From assembly GCA_964591855.1 (NCBI GenBank), contig CAZQAZ010000002.1, positions 36,851-100,850 on the forward strand: a stretch of 64,000 nucleotides of DNA, in the 5' to 3' direction. Source of the DNA: Candidatus Woesearchaeota archaeon. Lineage in GTDB: Archaea > Nanobdellota > Nanobdellia > CAZCWL01 > CAZQAZ01. A model generated the notes under the pieces. It was not told the DNA's origin. It worked only from the letters and a program-made list of their open reading frames with translations, and made no database searches. Position 1 is the stretch's first letter; the number at the start of each line of letters is the position of its first letter. The position numbers and the translations under genes are program-made. Positions 38,201-46,476 of this stretch are shown here, piece by piece.

Positions 38201-39273
38201 CAAACCTCCACGTCTTTAATCTCCCAAGTTCTATCTTCTGGTATTCTACAATTGGATATGTCGTACACTCTATATTCGTTGTTTGTGTAGTTTGCATCGC
38301 CTTGTGTGGAGTTTACCACAAGTCTCAATGGAAGAATAGAACCCATATTGAAAGCATCGTATTTTGTGTTGAGCATTATAGTGCCTGCAGTCCCAACTGG
38401 GAGTGTTCCTTTTGTATACTCCAGAAGCTTTTGGTTTCTTTTGTTGAACAAGGTTAAGTTATAGTCCTCAGCGTCTACGAGTCCAAGATTATAAACTGAA
38501 GTCTGAAGAGTTCCTTCTAGAGGAGTGTAGTATAACACGTATGGCTTAATTTCTGCTTGGGAACCCATATCAAATTTAATTGATATGGTATTCGAATTAA
38601 AGAGATGTGAGAAGTCATAAGGTTCAGAATCATTTGAGGCACCATTCTCTATAATAGCTTCGTATGTTCCATCGGCTCCAAAGTCTACTCTTATTTTCCC
38701 AGAGTAGCTTGTTGTCAAGTTTGCGAAGTAGATGACAGCTCCTTGTGGTAAAGTAATATGTACTACGTCCCCTGGATTAATAGTGTTTCCCTCATTAAAA
38801 GTGTTGGTTACGTTGATCTCATTAAGAGTGAAGTTAAACTCAGCACCAAGTATTGTTTGGTCTGGAAGATAAACGAGTGAACAGTCTTGTGGACACGTTT
38901 CTTCTGTTTCATTCCCATTACATATTCCATCTCCACAGTATGCCCCAACACATGTTCTCTTGGATACGACACAAGTACGTCCAGAACTATCGGTCAATGT
39001 ACATTTAACGTAGTTATAACAGTCCTTCGAACAGAAGTTTGGAGCCAGACCTTGGCTACAGAACCCCCTATCAGATGTAACGGTTCTGACGATATTATTG
39101 TCCTCTTCACATAACTCCCTACATTCTTTCTCAAGGCTAACTATACTTTGAACTTGCTCCGTTCCACCTTTAGATCTGATAACCAAGAAGTATACTGCTG
39201 CAAGAACGGCAACTGCTATTATTACAACAGCTAGAATCTCTACGCTGCTAGCCCTCTTGTAAGCTTTGTACAT
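35260..39273 (-). CDS. Giant (1337 aa) class III signal peptide surface protein/adhesin candidate: pilin-like N-terminus, Cys module A, long N-x-S/T-rich beta-helix-like repeat region, C-terminal Cys modules A and B
   Basis: N-terminus MYKAYKRA/SSVEILAVVIIAVAVLAAV. Then EKECRELCEEDNN...CSQGLAPNFCS. Central region is rich in N, S, T and Y with dozens of NxS/T sequons (NITNNTFHTNTSSY...). C-terminus MCEEACMNDTN...YCDQVLTCSLGDC and KACVEACLKDGG...CCKLPEYNCIASWLQC. Confidence 0.75.
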   Translation of the reverse strand: MYKAYKRASSVEILAVVIIAVAVLAAVYFLVIRSKGGTEQVQSIVSLEKECRELCEEDNNIVRTVTSDRGFCSQGLAPNFCSKDCYNYVKCTLTDSSGRTCVVSKRTCVGAYCGDGICNGNETEETCPQDCSLVYLPDQTILGAEFNFTLNEINVTNTFNEGNTINPGDVVHITLPQGAVIYFANLTTSYSGKIRVDFGADGTYEAIIENGASNDSEPYDFSHLFNSNTISIKFDMGSQAEIKPYVLYYTPLEGTLQTSVYNLGLVDAEDYNLTLFNKRNQKLLEYTKGTLPVGTAGTIMLNTKYDAFNMGSILPLRLVVNSTQGDANYTNNEYRVYDISNCRIPEDRTWEIKDVEVCYGKDIDLKYPIVVKDGGALVLINSYLNGNSKTIQANQGGQILIASSFVSKAYITALEGSSLNIQKSILHNSELDVRTSKAVIRGNSIKTSQLSLSNHIVLKGNNIELDKDFDVGEKIKLVGNTFFGRRALNIVEPTVLLKNVFTNAYIPVKNYAVGTRFISNTWDHAYSFVYNYGEALFFGNSFSYDYKLGIHNTNKVYGRGNKADNVKILLYNLNTKQDFYGSFGDFGKVNKLLYYFNSSGEIKDAFFNNKGVSVVSVESNLTLKNVVDKSYYGLFARGSNITVSNSTFFGARGIYSTNSYINITNNTFHTNTSSYIFEVYLINNKNVTFYKNRFMSGPYKRMYGGVYISDEKGVNISNTNFTFSGGRSYKTYYGFYVLNSKAKINESNIVGVVYPLYSYNSTVEFSNNDVDQSIGLAITNSTINLTSNDMNVGWISVSNSSGSIKHNSVTVKDYKYYNNPIRLTSENNVDIEGNTLKGGSFLIMLVNSDISGSDIEAFFNSLSSKNTLLPDSNTKGLIASTSIIEIEIKDTNGNKIRPYPTTRILECDAGYISSPVKTWCGQAYYLDKDFNLIDVGDYTVNVTGAQVLNYWRHYNYTTLKVRFDSPKKIIAVLEENRCYPSTYKDWIVEKSDNCNVKNLGVVLLKNTTVHGNLTLENVNLYINCTSPCSLVNYGNLTLKGVKIHYADKDFKIESYGNITIEDSDITGLNYVRVSGVGNIKSSSFSNSDSGISAIGGNVNVVGNTFYSNYYGVLCSECSGVFDSNNFVNNVYGFVFDTPVTFNNNKMEGNVCLLDTKGDILPNDLGSNNVYDCNTLIKHTNVEKIISTHPEIQRMCEEACMNDTNKEFVNINGVCYFNSSDFASLSFNVEGTTVYCDQVLTCSLGDCYISRDSTDFGKACVEACLKDGGEPVTCGSLNSCGSDVWNFEEGESPTPTVCELNKIGPTFQTNQDNLEKCKASGYCCKLPEYNCIASWLQC

Positions 39274-39315
39274 GAAAAATTAAAGAAGTAATACTTAATA
39301 AAACTAATTAAGCAA

Positions 39316-39666
39316 CTAGCAGCTATTAGAGGTCACAACACAAGTTCTCCCATCTTCAAATGTTAGAACACATTTAGTTATGTCGTAACATCTCAAGGTT
39401 CTGCCTGCTATCTTAAATGAACCGCTACAGAAGTTTGGAGCTAGACCCTGTCCACAAGACCCATCTTCATATATCTCTCCACTAATAAGAAGCTGGTTGT
39501 CCTTAGCACAGGCAGCTTCACATGAGGACTTAGCATCGGATAGGGTTATAGACTCCCCAGATTGTGCTTTCCCTTTGAAAACTAGGTAAAGTCCAGCTAC
39601 CGCCACCATAGCACTTAATATGATAACGACTATCAAGTTTATCGAACTTTGTCCTCTCATCCACAT
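39316..39666 (-). CDS. Class III signal peptide (type IV pilin-like) cysteine-rich protein, paralog 6
   Basis: MWMRG/QSSINLIVVIILSAMVAVAG followed by SSCEAACAKDNQ...CGQGLAPNFCSG...CYDITKCVLTFEDGRTCVV. Closely matches the N-module of the giant protein. Confidence 0.7.
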   Translation of the reverse strand: MWMRGQSSINLIVVIILSAMVAVAGLYLVFKGKAQSGESITLSDAKSSCEAACAKDNQLLISGEIYEDGSCGQGLAPNFCSGSFKIAGRTLRCYDITKCVLTFEDGRTCVVTSNSC

Positions 39667-40076
39667 CTCACTCCTATAGCTTCTAATCTATCAACGACAC
39701 CAAGCTGTTCGGCATAATTACATATCTCTTCTTCATCGTAGCTTGAGAGCTCACCAAAGTAACATATCCCCCAAGGTGTTTCAGCTGAACATTGGACTAT
39801 GTCATAACAGTGTTTGGTCTTGCCACTTAACTTGAACTCAAGCTTTCCAAAATCTGACTTTGGATTTGTATAGCATTGTCCATCTATGCTTGTTATGTTT
39901 TTGTATTGGTCAAGCAGACAAAAATCGCTGCATTTTGATTTTAAAGATGCTCTTGAGAGGGAGCCGAGATTGGAGATGTAACCTTTATTGAATATGAAGA
40001 TGACTATTAGTATAACTGAGAGAGCAAGTAAAGCTGCTATGACATAGTTTATTCCCAGTGAAACACCTTTTTTCAT
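39657..40076 (-). CDS. Class III signal peptide (type IV pilin-like) cysteine-rich protein, paralog 7
   Basis: MKKG/VSLGINYVIAALLALSVILIV followed by KCSDFCLLDQ...HCYDIVQCSAETPWGIC. Confidence 0.7.
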   Translation of the reverse strand: MKKGVSLGINYVIAALLALSVILIVIFIFNKGYISNLGSLSRASLKSKCSDFCLLDQYKNITSIDGQCYTNPKSDFGKLEFKLSGKTKHCYDIVQCSAETPWGICYFGELSSYDEEEICNYAEQLGVVDRLEAIGVRCG

Positions 40077-40118
40077 AAATAATAAATGATTTATTTGTTA
40101 ATAAAGTTTTATTTTAGT

Positions 40119-40706
40119 ATGAACTACTCCGATGCTACAAGGAGAACTTATGATAAGGTGGCAGACCTTTGGAAGGTTTATAGAAACAAACCATTTAAGG
40201 AAGTTGTGGATTTCATGTCCAATGTGAAGAACTCGTATGTGTTGGATTTGGGATGTGGAACTGGAAGAAACTTAAAGGCAATCAACAAGACAAACTTCAT
40301 AGTTGAAGCAGATTACTCCTTGGGTATGTTAAAGCTTAATCCTCACCCCGTAAAGGTTTTGTGTGATGCAAGAAAACTCCCTTTTGCCGAGAGAAGTTTT
40401 GATGTGGTCTTAGCAGTATCAGTTCTACACCATCTTCCAATAGATGGTGTAAAGAGGGCAGCGAGTGAGGTAAGAAGAGTATTAAAAAACAAAGGTAGGG
40501 CTTTACTGACCTTTTGGAAGAAAGAAGGAGTTGAAGAAGGGAAACCGGTAAATGTGCCTTGGAAGAAAGAAGGTGTGAGTTACGACAGATATTACTACTT
40601 CTACTCCAAGGAAACCATAAAGACTATAATACAAGACATTTTAAGAATTGATAAGATATACATAGATGAGAAAGATATGAACTACATTGTGGAGGTAAGA
40701 AAATGA
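40119..40706 (+). CDS. Class I SAM-dependent methyltransferase
   Basis: VLDLGCGTGRN motif I. Start taken at the second in-frame Met of the track ORF (40086..40706); the exact start is uncertain. Confidence 0.7.
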   Translation: MNYSDATRRTYDKVADLWKVYRNKPFKEVVDFMSNVKNSYVLDLGCGTGRNLKAINKTNFIVEADYSLGMLKLNPHPVKVLCDARKLPFAERSFDVVLAVSVLHHLPIDGVKRAASEVRRVLKNKGRALLTFWKKEGVEEGKPVNVPWKKEGVSYDRYYYFYSKETIKTIIQDILRIDKIYIDEKDMNYIVEVRK

Positions 40707-42025
40707 TAGAAGTTTGGGCAGTTGGAGGGTACTCTGAGATTGGAAGGAACATGACTGGTATTAACATAGATGGAGAGGTAGTAATTCTTGACATGGGTTT
40801 GCATATGGATAAGATTGTAGCTTATTCTGGAGATGATGTGCACTTGCTTCCTTATGATAAAATGCTTGAAATGGATATGATTGCTGATGATAGAGAGTTC
40901 AGGAAAGAGTGGGGACAAAAAGTTAAAGCCATAATATGTGGACATGCACATCTAGATCATGTTGGGGCAATTCCAGTTATGGCTAAGAATTATAATGCAC
41001 CCATAATTGTTACACCATTCACTGCAGAGGTTATTAAAGGTTTATTTGAAAAAAGAAGGCTTAGAAACAAATTAATTCCAATGAACGCTGGCCAGACACG
41101 TAAGATCTCGGACAACATAGAATTAGAATTTGTACACATAACTCACTCTACTCTCCAGACTGTAGTTGTAGTACTTAAGACGAAGTATGGAAACATAGTG
41201 TATGCCAATGATTACAAGTTAGATAACCATCCTGTGATTGGAAAGAAGCCAAATTACAAAAGACTAAAAGAATTGGGAAAGGAAGGAGTTGTACTCTTTA
41301 TTTGTGACACTACAAGAATAGAACTTGAAGGGCACACATACTCAGAGCAAGTTGTTAAAGCAATGCTTGAGGACCTGTTTGAGTTCCAAGACACAGAGGG
41401 TAAGGCAGTTTTTGTCACGACTTTCGCTTCTCATATAGCAAGAATATCCACTTTGGTCTCCATAGCTAAAAAGCTTGGGAGAACACCAGTTATATTGGGT
41501 AGAAGTATGGCAAGTTATGTTGGTGCAGCAGAAAGGCTGGGTTTGTACAGACCAAAGTGTGAAGTTTTGGGTTACAAAAAACAAATTGCTAAGAAGCTTA
41601 GGGAGATAAACAGAAACAGAGAGAAGTATTTTGTGATCCTAACAGGAAATCAAGGTGAACCTGATGCAGTGTTATCTAGAGTAGCAAATGATAAGTTTGA
41701 TTTCAGATTTAATCCAGGAGACATAGTTATATTCTCGACCAGTACGATACCAACAGCTACTTGTCAAGCTAATCGTGAAACCTTGGAGAGCAAATTGAAG
41801 GAAAAGAAGGTTAGAGTATTTAAGGATGTACACGTTAGTGGGCATGCATCTAGAGAGGACTTAAGAGACATGTTAGAAATGCTTAAACCAAAACACTTTA
41901 TACCAACACATGGAGGTATAGAGAAGATAACAAAGGCTGCGGAGCTTGCTGTAGAGGAAGGATACATCATTGGTAGAACAGTCCATATTCTACAAAATGG
42001 ATCGAGGTTGATCCTAAATGTCTAG
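40703..42025 (+). CDS. rnj: Archaeal RNase J (beta-CASP metallo-beta-lactamase ribonuclease)
   Basis: HAHLDHVGAIP MBL motif and beta-CASP region. About 440 aa, typical of aRNase J. Confidence 0.8.
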   Translation: MIEVWAVGGYSEIGRNMTGINIDGEVVILDMGLHMDKIVAYSGDDVHLLPYDKMLEMDMIADDREFRKEWGQKVKAIICGHAHLDHVGAIPVMAKNYNAPIIVTPFTAEVIKGLFEKRRLRNKLIPMNAGQTRKISDNIELEFVHITHSTLQTVVVVLKTKYGNIVYANDYKLDNHPVIGKKPNYKRLKELGKEGVVLFICDTTRIELEGHTYSEQVVKAMLEDLFEFQDTEGKAVFVTTFASHIARISTLVSIAKKLGRTPVILGRSMASYVGAAERLGLYRPKCEVLGYKKQIAKKLREINRNREKYFVILTGNQGEPDAVLSRVANDKFDFRFNPGDIVIFSTSTIPTATCQANRETLESKLKEKKVRVFKDVHVSGHASREDLRDMLEMLKPKHFIPTHGGIEKITKAAELAVEEGYIIGRTVHILQNGSRLILNV

Positions 42026-43670
42026 GCTTAAAGAAAGCATTAGGAAGTGGGTTCTTAAGAATGCAATAGACCACGATGGAAAGGCAGTTGTGGGAGCCAT
42101 AATCCCTAAGCTCATAGGGGAAAACAAGGAGCTTAAGAACAAGGTAAAAGAATTAATTCCATTAATAAAGGAAGAGGTAGAGAAAGTTAACAAGATGAGC
42201 ATAGATGATCAAATTAAGGAACTTAAGGACCTTGCTCCTGAATTACTTGAGAAGAAAGAGCAACAATTGTTACCCGATCTTCCACACGGGAAGGAAGTTA
42301 GAATGGCATTTCTTCCCGAACCAAGTAAACACTTGCATATAGGCCATGCTAAAGCATGTATTATGAATTACTACTACGCTAGGAAGTATAATGGAAAATT
42401 CTTCATAAGATTTGAAGACTCGAATCCAGAAAAAGCTAAGCTTGAGTTTTACGACTCAATACTTGAGGACCTAAAATGGTTAGGTGTGGATTGGGACGAA
42501 GTGCATTACATCTCAGACTACTTTGATGTCATGCTTGAGGACATAAAAGGACTCATAGAGAGAGACAAAGCTTATGTTTGCACATGTGATGTGGAAACCA
42601 TAAGGGAAGGGCGTAGATTAAAGAAAGCCTGTCCTTGCAGATCGAATACAAAGGAAGAGAATCTTAAGAGATACGAAAGAATGTTAGAAGGGAAATACTC
42701 AGAAGGCGAAGCTATTGTCAGATTGAAAATAGATATGGCCCATAAGAATGCTGCTATGAGAGATCCTGCCATAGCAAGAATAATCTTAACACCCCACCCA
42801 AGAACAGGAAGTAAGTATAAAGTTTATCCTCTCTACGATTTCGCTACAGCTTATATGAATGGCGTAGAAAAACTCACTCATAGAATAAGGTCCAAAGAGT
42901 TTGAGCTTAAAAAGGAATTGCAGGATTACATACATGATCTGTTTGGCATAAAGAAACCCTTTATATTTGAGATAGGGAGGTTTAATCTCGAAGGCAAAAT
43001 TGCATCTGGAAGGCAGATAAGAGAGTTAGTGGAGAGTGGTGAGGTAAGTTCTTGGGACGATCCAAGGCTTACGACTCTTAAAGCATATAAGAGAAGAGGT
43101 TTCCAGCCACAAGCCATATTTAATTTCATACTTCAGACAGGTCTCTCTAAAGCAGAGGCTCATGTATCCGAGGATGTCTTAGCCGCTGAGAACAGGAAAA
43201 TAATCGATCCAATAGCAAAGAGATACTTCTTTGTACACGATCCAGTAACTTTGGAGTTGACAAATATACCAGAGAATTATGAAGTAGAAGTTCCTTTACA
43301 TCCGGATAAGAACCTTGGCGTTAAGACATATGCAATCAAAAATGGAGACAAAGTTCTAATAGAAAGAAGAGACTACATCAATGGAAAGACTGTTAGGTTG
43401 AAGGACTTAATGAACATAGAGATAAAAGGTAAAACAGGCAAATACATTGGTAACGAAATAATTAAAGATATGAGTAAGATACATTGGGTTTTAGACAGTA
43501 AAAAAGTAAAGGTTGTTGTTGTTATGCCAGATGCTTCTGAATTGGAAGGATATGCAGAGGAGTATGTGCTGGATCTAAATGTGGACGACGTAATTCAGTT
43601 TGAGAGATTTGGGTTTGTAAGAGTAGATGACATGGGAGAAGTCATAAGATTTTACTTTGCTCACAAGTAG
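42018..43670 (+). CDS. gltX: Glutamyl-tRNA synthetase (archaeal/eukaryotic-type GluRS)
   Basis: HIGH motif (HLHIGHAKA) within a class I catalytic core. About 550 aa. Confidence 0.85.
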   Translation: MSRLKESIRKWVLKNAIDHDGKAVVGAIIPKLIGENKELKNKVKELIPLIKEEVEKVNKMSIDDQIKELKDLAPELLEKKEQQLLPDLPHGKEVRMAFLPEPSKHLHIGHAKACIMNYYYARKYNGKFFIRFEDSNPEKAKLEFYDSILEDLKWLGVDWDEVHYISDYFDVMLEDIKGLIERDKAYVCTCDVETIREGRRLKKACPCRSNTKEENLKRYERMLEGKYSEGEAIVRLKIDMAHKNAAMRDPAIARIILTPHPRTGSKYKVYPLYDFATAYMNGVEKLTHRIRSKEFELKKELQDYIHDLFGIKKPFIFEIGRFNLEGKIASGRQIRELVESGEVSSWDDPRLTTLKAYKRRGFQPQAIFNFILQTGLSKAEAHVSEDVLAAENRKIIDPIAKRYFFVHDPVTLELTNIPENYEVEVPLHPDKNLGVKTYAIKNGDKVLIERRDYINGKTVRLKDLMNIEIKGKTGKYIGNEIIKDMSKIHWVLDSKKVKVVVVMPDASELEGYAEEYVLDLNVDDVIQFERFGFVRVDDMGEVIRFYFAHK

Positions 43671-43710
43671 AAACACTAAATTTATAAAAGCAATTCTTAT
43701 TTCTTTAATT

Positions 43711-44319
43711 ATGAAAATTTTAGCCGTAGCAGATATACATGGTGATAAAGAGTTTGTTAGGAAACTAGCTAATAAAGCTAGAGACGAGAACGTTGATTTG
43801 GTTATCCTAGCAGGGGATCTTACCTTCTGGGAACAAGACTTAGAAGGATTAATAGGCCCATTCAAGGAAGTAGACAAGAAAGTTGTTATCATACCTGGAA
43901 ATCATGAGACCGTAGCTACAGTTGATTTTCTAGCTAAGTTGTATAGTCCTGGAACATATAACATTCATGGTTACGCACTCAAGCTTGATTCTATTGGGCT
44001 TCTTGGTTTTGGTGGAGCAAGAATTGGGATGTTTAGAGTGGACGAAGAACAGGTTCTAAACTCTCTTTTAAAGTCTAACGAGTACTTAAAAGGAGTGAAG
44101 AAGAAAATAATGGTGGTACATATGCCTCCAAAAGGTACTAAGTTAGATGCTCTTGGGGAGTATAGTACTGGCTCAGAAGCTGTACGTGAGGCTATTGAGA
44201 GAATAAAGCCAGACCTTTGTTTGTGTGGCCATATCCACGAGAATGGAGGGCTTGAAGACAAACTTGGCAGCACAAGAATAATAAACGTCGCAGGCCGCGA
44301 CGTCATCCTTGAGATATAA
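43711..44319 (+). CDS. Calcineurin-like metallophosphoesterase
   Basis: MKILAVADIHGD...VILAGDLT...GNHE phosphoesterase motifs. Start at the internal ATG; the track ORF begins at 43657 within gltX. Confidence 0.75.
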   Translation: MKILAVADIHGDKEFVRKLANKARDENVDLVILAGDLTFWEQDLEGLIGPFKEVDKKVVIIPGNHETVATVDFLAKLYSPGTYNIHGYALKLDSIGLLGFGGARIGMFRVDEEQVLNSLLKSNEYLKGVKKKIMVVHMPPKGTKLDALGEYSTGSEAVREAIERIKPDLCLCGHIHENGGLEDKLGSTRIINVAGRDVILEI

Positions 44320-44334
44320 GGAAATATTTATTAT

Positions 44335-44988
44335 ATGCTGTCTCTGTTTATTCTTATGATCTTCAGGGTCAAGTCAAGTTCGGATGAAAAGATAGATGAA
44401 GTATATAAAGAAGCTATAAGAGAAATGGAAAAGTTTTTTGGGATAAAGTGGACTCACAGAAGACCAAATATCTTTATAGTTCCAGATAGGAGAACAATAG
44501 ATCCACTTTTGGGATACAAAACACCAAAGTGGTTAGTCGCCTGGGCAGAAGGGAAGGATGTGTTTATCTTGGATAGGAAATCTTATGGAAAAGAAAGCGT
44601 GCATAAATATTCTTGGAAGAAATATGTAACAGTAATAAAGCATGAGTTAGCACACTCGTTTTTAAATTCCTTGTTTAATACACAAAACATGCCTGGGTGG
44701 CTTCTTGAAGGGCTTGCAATGTATCTTAGTGAGAAAGAGAGATGCTCTAAAATGCCCAAAAAATTTTCAAGCTTCTTGGAATTCTATACAAAGAATGGTC
44801 CGGGGATATATAAGGAGTCTGGACATGCAGTGTACTTACTCATCAAAAGATTTGGGAGAGGAAAGATCTTAAAGCTGCTGAAATGTGCTAGTTATATAAA
44901 AACGAAGAAAGAGTTTTATTTTCAGTTCGAGAGAATCTATGGCTTCAAGTTGAACTACACTAACTTTAACAAACTCCTTAAACTCTAG
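44335..44988 (+). CDS. Hypothetical protein with HExxH (HELAH) zincin-like motif
   Basis: IKHELAHSF...GWLLEGLA suggests a zincin-like metallopeptidase fold. No firm family assignment. Confidence 0.4.
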   Translation: MLSLFILMIFRVKSSSDEKIDEVYKEAIREMEKFFGIKWTHRRPNIFIVPDRRTIDPLLGYKTPKWLVAWAEGKDVFILDRKSYGKESVHKYSWKKYVTVIKHELAHSFLNSLFNTQNMPGWLLEGLAMYLSEKERCSKMPKKFSSFLEFYTKNGPGIYKESGHAVYLLIKRFGRGKILKLLKCASYIKTKKEFYFQFERIYGFKLNYTNFNKLLKL

Positions 44989-45001
44989 TGTCCCACCCAC
45001 C

Positions 45002-45018
45002 AAAAACCTTTTAAATAC
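45002..45018 (+). promoter_or_regulatory. BRE/TATA promoter (AAAAACC-TTTTAAATAC) for the L7Ae-S28e-L24e operon
   Basis: Consensus promoter about 50 nt upstream of the L7Ae ATG, with an AAAGGAGGGG Shine-Dalgarno in the leader. Confidence 0.55.
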
Positions 45019-45067
45019 ATTCTTTCCAAATTTATTAACCAATGACCTTTAAAAGGAGGGGTTAAAG

Positions 45068-45430
45068 ATGGAGTTGAAGTTTGAAGTCCCAAAGGAGCTT
45101 CAAGATAAGATCTATGAGCTTGTAGAGACAGCTAGAACATCTGGTAAGGTAAAGAGAGGTACCAATGAGGTAACAAAAGCTATTGAGAAGAATCAGGCTA
45201 AGTTTGTTGTCATAGCAAAGGATGTTGATCCACCAGAGATAGTGATGCACTTGCCTGGCTTATGTGACGATAAAAAAGTCCCATTTGCATACGTTGACTC
45301 CAAGAAGGAGCTTGGAGCAGCAGCAGGTTTGGAGGTTGCAACAGCATCTGTTGCAATAATAGATGCTGGTACAGGAAAAACTGCCTTACAAGATATAGCC
45401 GATCAAGTCCAAAAGCTAAGAAAAGAGTGA
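45068..45430 (+). CDS. rpl7ae: 50S ribosomal protein L7Ae (K-turn binding)
   Basis: L7Ae/L30e fold signature VKRGTNEVTKAIEKNQAKFVVIAKDVDP. Confidence 0.9.
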   Translation: MELKFEVPKELQDKIYELVETARTSGKVKRGTNEVTKAIEKNQAKFVVIAKDVDPPEIVMHLPGLCDDKKVPFAYVDSKKELGAAAGLEVATASVAIIDAGTGKTALQDIADQVQKLRKE

Positions 45431-45436
45431 TTTTAG

Positions 45437-45700
45437 ATGCCAAGGAAAAAGCAAGAGAAGAAACAAGACGTGGAAAAGGTAGAGGAAGAAATGGAGCCGT
45501 ACAATGAGGCGTACCCAGCTAGAGTTATAGAGATAATTGGAAGAACAGGTATGTCTGGGGAAGTAACACAAGTGAGATGTAAAATACTAGCAGGAAGGGA
45601 CAAAGGAAAAGTGTTAAGAAGAAATGTACTTGGCCCAGTAAGGAAGGATGATATATTAATGTTGAAGGAAACAGTTATGGAGGCAACTCCTCTTAAGTAA
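45437..45700 (+). CDS. rps28e: 30S ribosomal protein S28e
   Basis: [24 protein letters not shown]...[15 protein letters not shown]. Carries a short basic N-terminal extension. Confidence 0.85.
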   Translation: MPRKKQEKKQDVEKVEEEMEPYNEAYPARVIEIIGRTGMSGEVTQVRCKILAGRDKGKVLRRNVLGPVRKDDILMLKETVMEATPLK

Positions 45701-45711
45701 GGTGATAGACT

Positions 45712-45879
45712 ATGAAGTGTTCGTTCTGCGGAAAGACGATACCGAAAGGAACAGGTAAGGAGTATGTAAAAAGTGATGGTAAAGTACTTTACTTCTGTTC
45801 ATCTAAATGCCAGAAGAACATGTTAAAGCTTAAGAGAGACCCTAAGAAGCTAAAGTGGGCTAGACCCAAGAAGGCTTAA
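45712..45879 (+). CDS. rpl24e: 50S ribosomal protein L24e
   Basis: Hand-translated 55-aa ORF below the track cutoff: [37 protein letters not shown]... C4 TRASH-like L24e pattern. Confidence 0.85.
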   Translation: MKCSFCGKTIPKGTGKEYVKSDGKVLYFCSSKCQKNMLKLKRDPKKLKWARPKKA

Positions 45880-46476
45880 AGCTTTGTTAATTAATTCTAA
45901 GTCTCTTTTTTCATTTTTCTCATCAAGAGCACTCATTCTAAGTATGAAGTCAAGCTTATCTAACTCTTTCTTAATCTCGTCGTAATTGGATAGGGACTTT
46001 AGTCTCTCCAACTCTTCTTTTTTCTTCCTCATGATCTCTTGATGCCTCAACAAAACTTTTTCTCTATCCTCTTCTGTTAAGTGAAGAGTATAGGGAAAAT
46101 CTGGATGTAAAAGAACATTCAAATCGAATCCAGCAGGAATTAGTTTTACAAGCTTTTCTTCTTGTCTCCCAAGTAGAGAGTTCATACCATTGTCTAAAAT
46201 CATTCTAGATGCAGCTAATCTCACTACACATTCGAACAGAAATTCTTTGTCTTCATCATCTGTTACTCCTTCCTCTGTTAGTTCCTTCAGAATCTCTCTT
46301 GACTTCTCTTTTATTTTTAGTAATTCGCTTAGATCTTTTTCTTTGAGCTCTTTTATTATGGCTTGAACCTTTGGGTGGTGTTCATATTTCTCCTTTAGCT
46401 CCTTAAATGAGCTTATCATGTTAAGAAATTCTCTTCCAAATTTAAAAAGGTTTTTAAACCATTGCGAAATTTTCAT
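45850..46476 (-). CDS. Hypothetical coiled-coil-rich protein
   Basis: 208-aa ORF with no recognisable family. Its 3' end overlaps the L24e 3' end by about 30 nt on the opposite strand. Confidence 0.35.
   Translation of the reverse strand: MKISQWFKNLFKFGREFLNMISSFKELKEKYEHHPKVQAIIKELKEKDLSELLKIKEKSREILKELTEEGVTDDEDKEFLFECVVRLAASRMILDNGMNSLLGRQEEKLVKLIPAGFDLNVLLHPDFPYTLHLTEEDREKVLLRHQEIMRKKKEELERLKSLSNYDEIKKELDKLDFILRMSALDEKNEKRDLELINKALSLLGSSPL

Noticed and set aside
35714-39114. Several short plus-strand ORFs inside the giant pilin-like gene, and minus/plus ORFs inside other large genes (e.g. 12798-13346, 26579-26959, 56821-57216)
   Set aside because: Each is embedded antisense or out of frame within a long conserved CDS and lacks independent signals.
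40085-40088. Apparent 1-nt discrepancy between the hand-counted ATG position and the ORF-track start (40086) for the methyltransferase
   Set aside because: The track frame is internally consistent with the stop at 40706, so this is most likely a counting error on my side. Track coordinates were kept, with the start assigned to the second in-frame Met.
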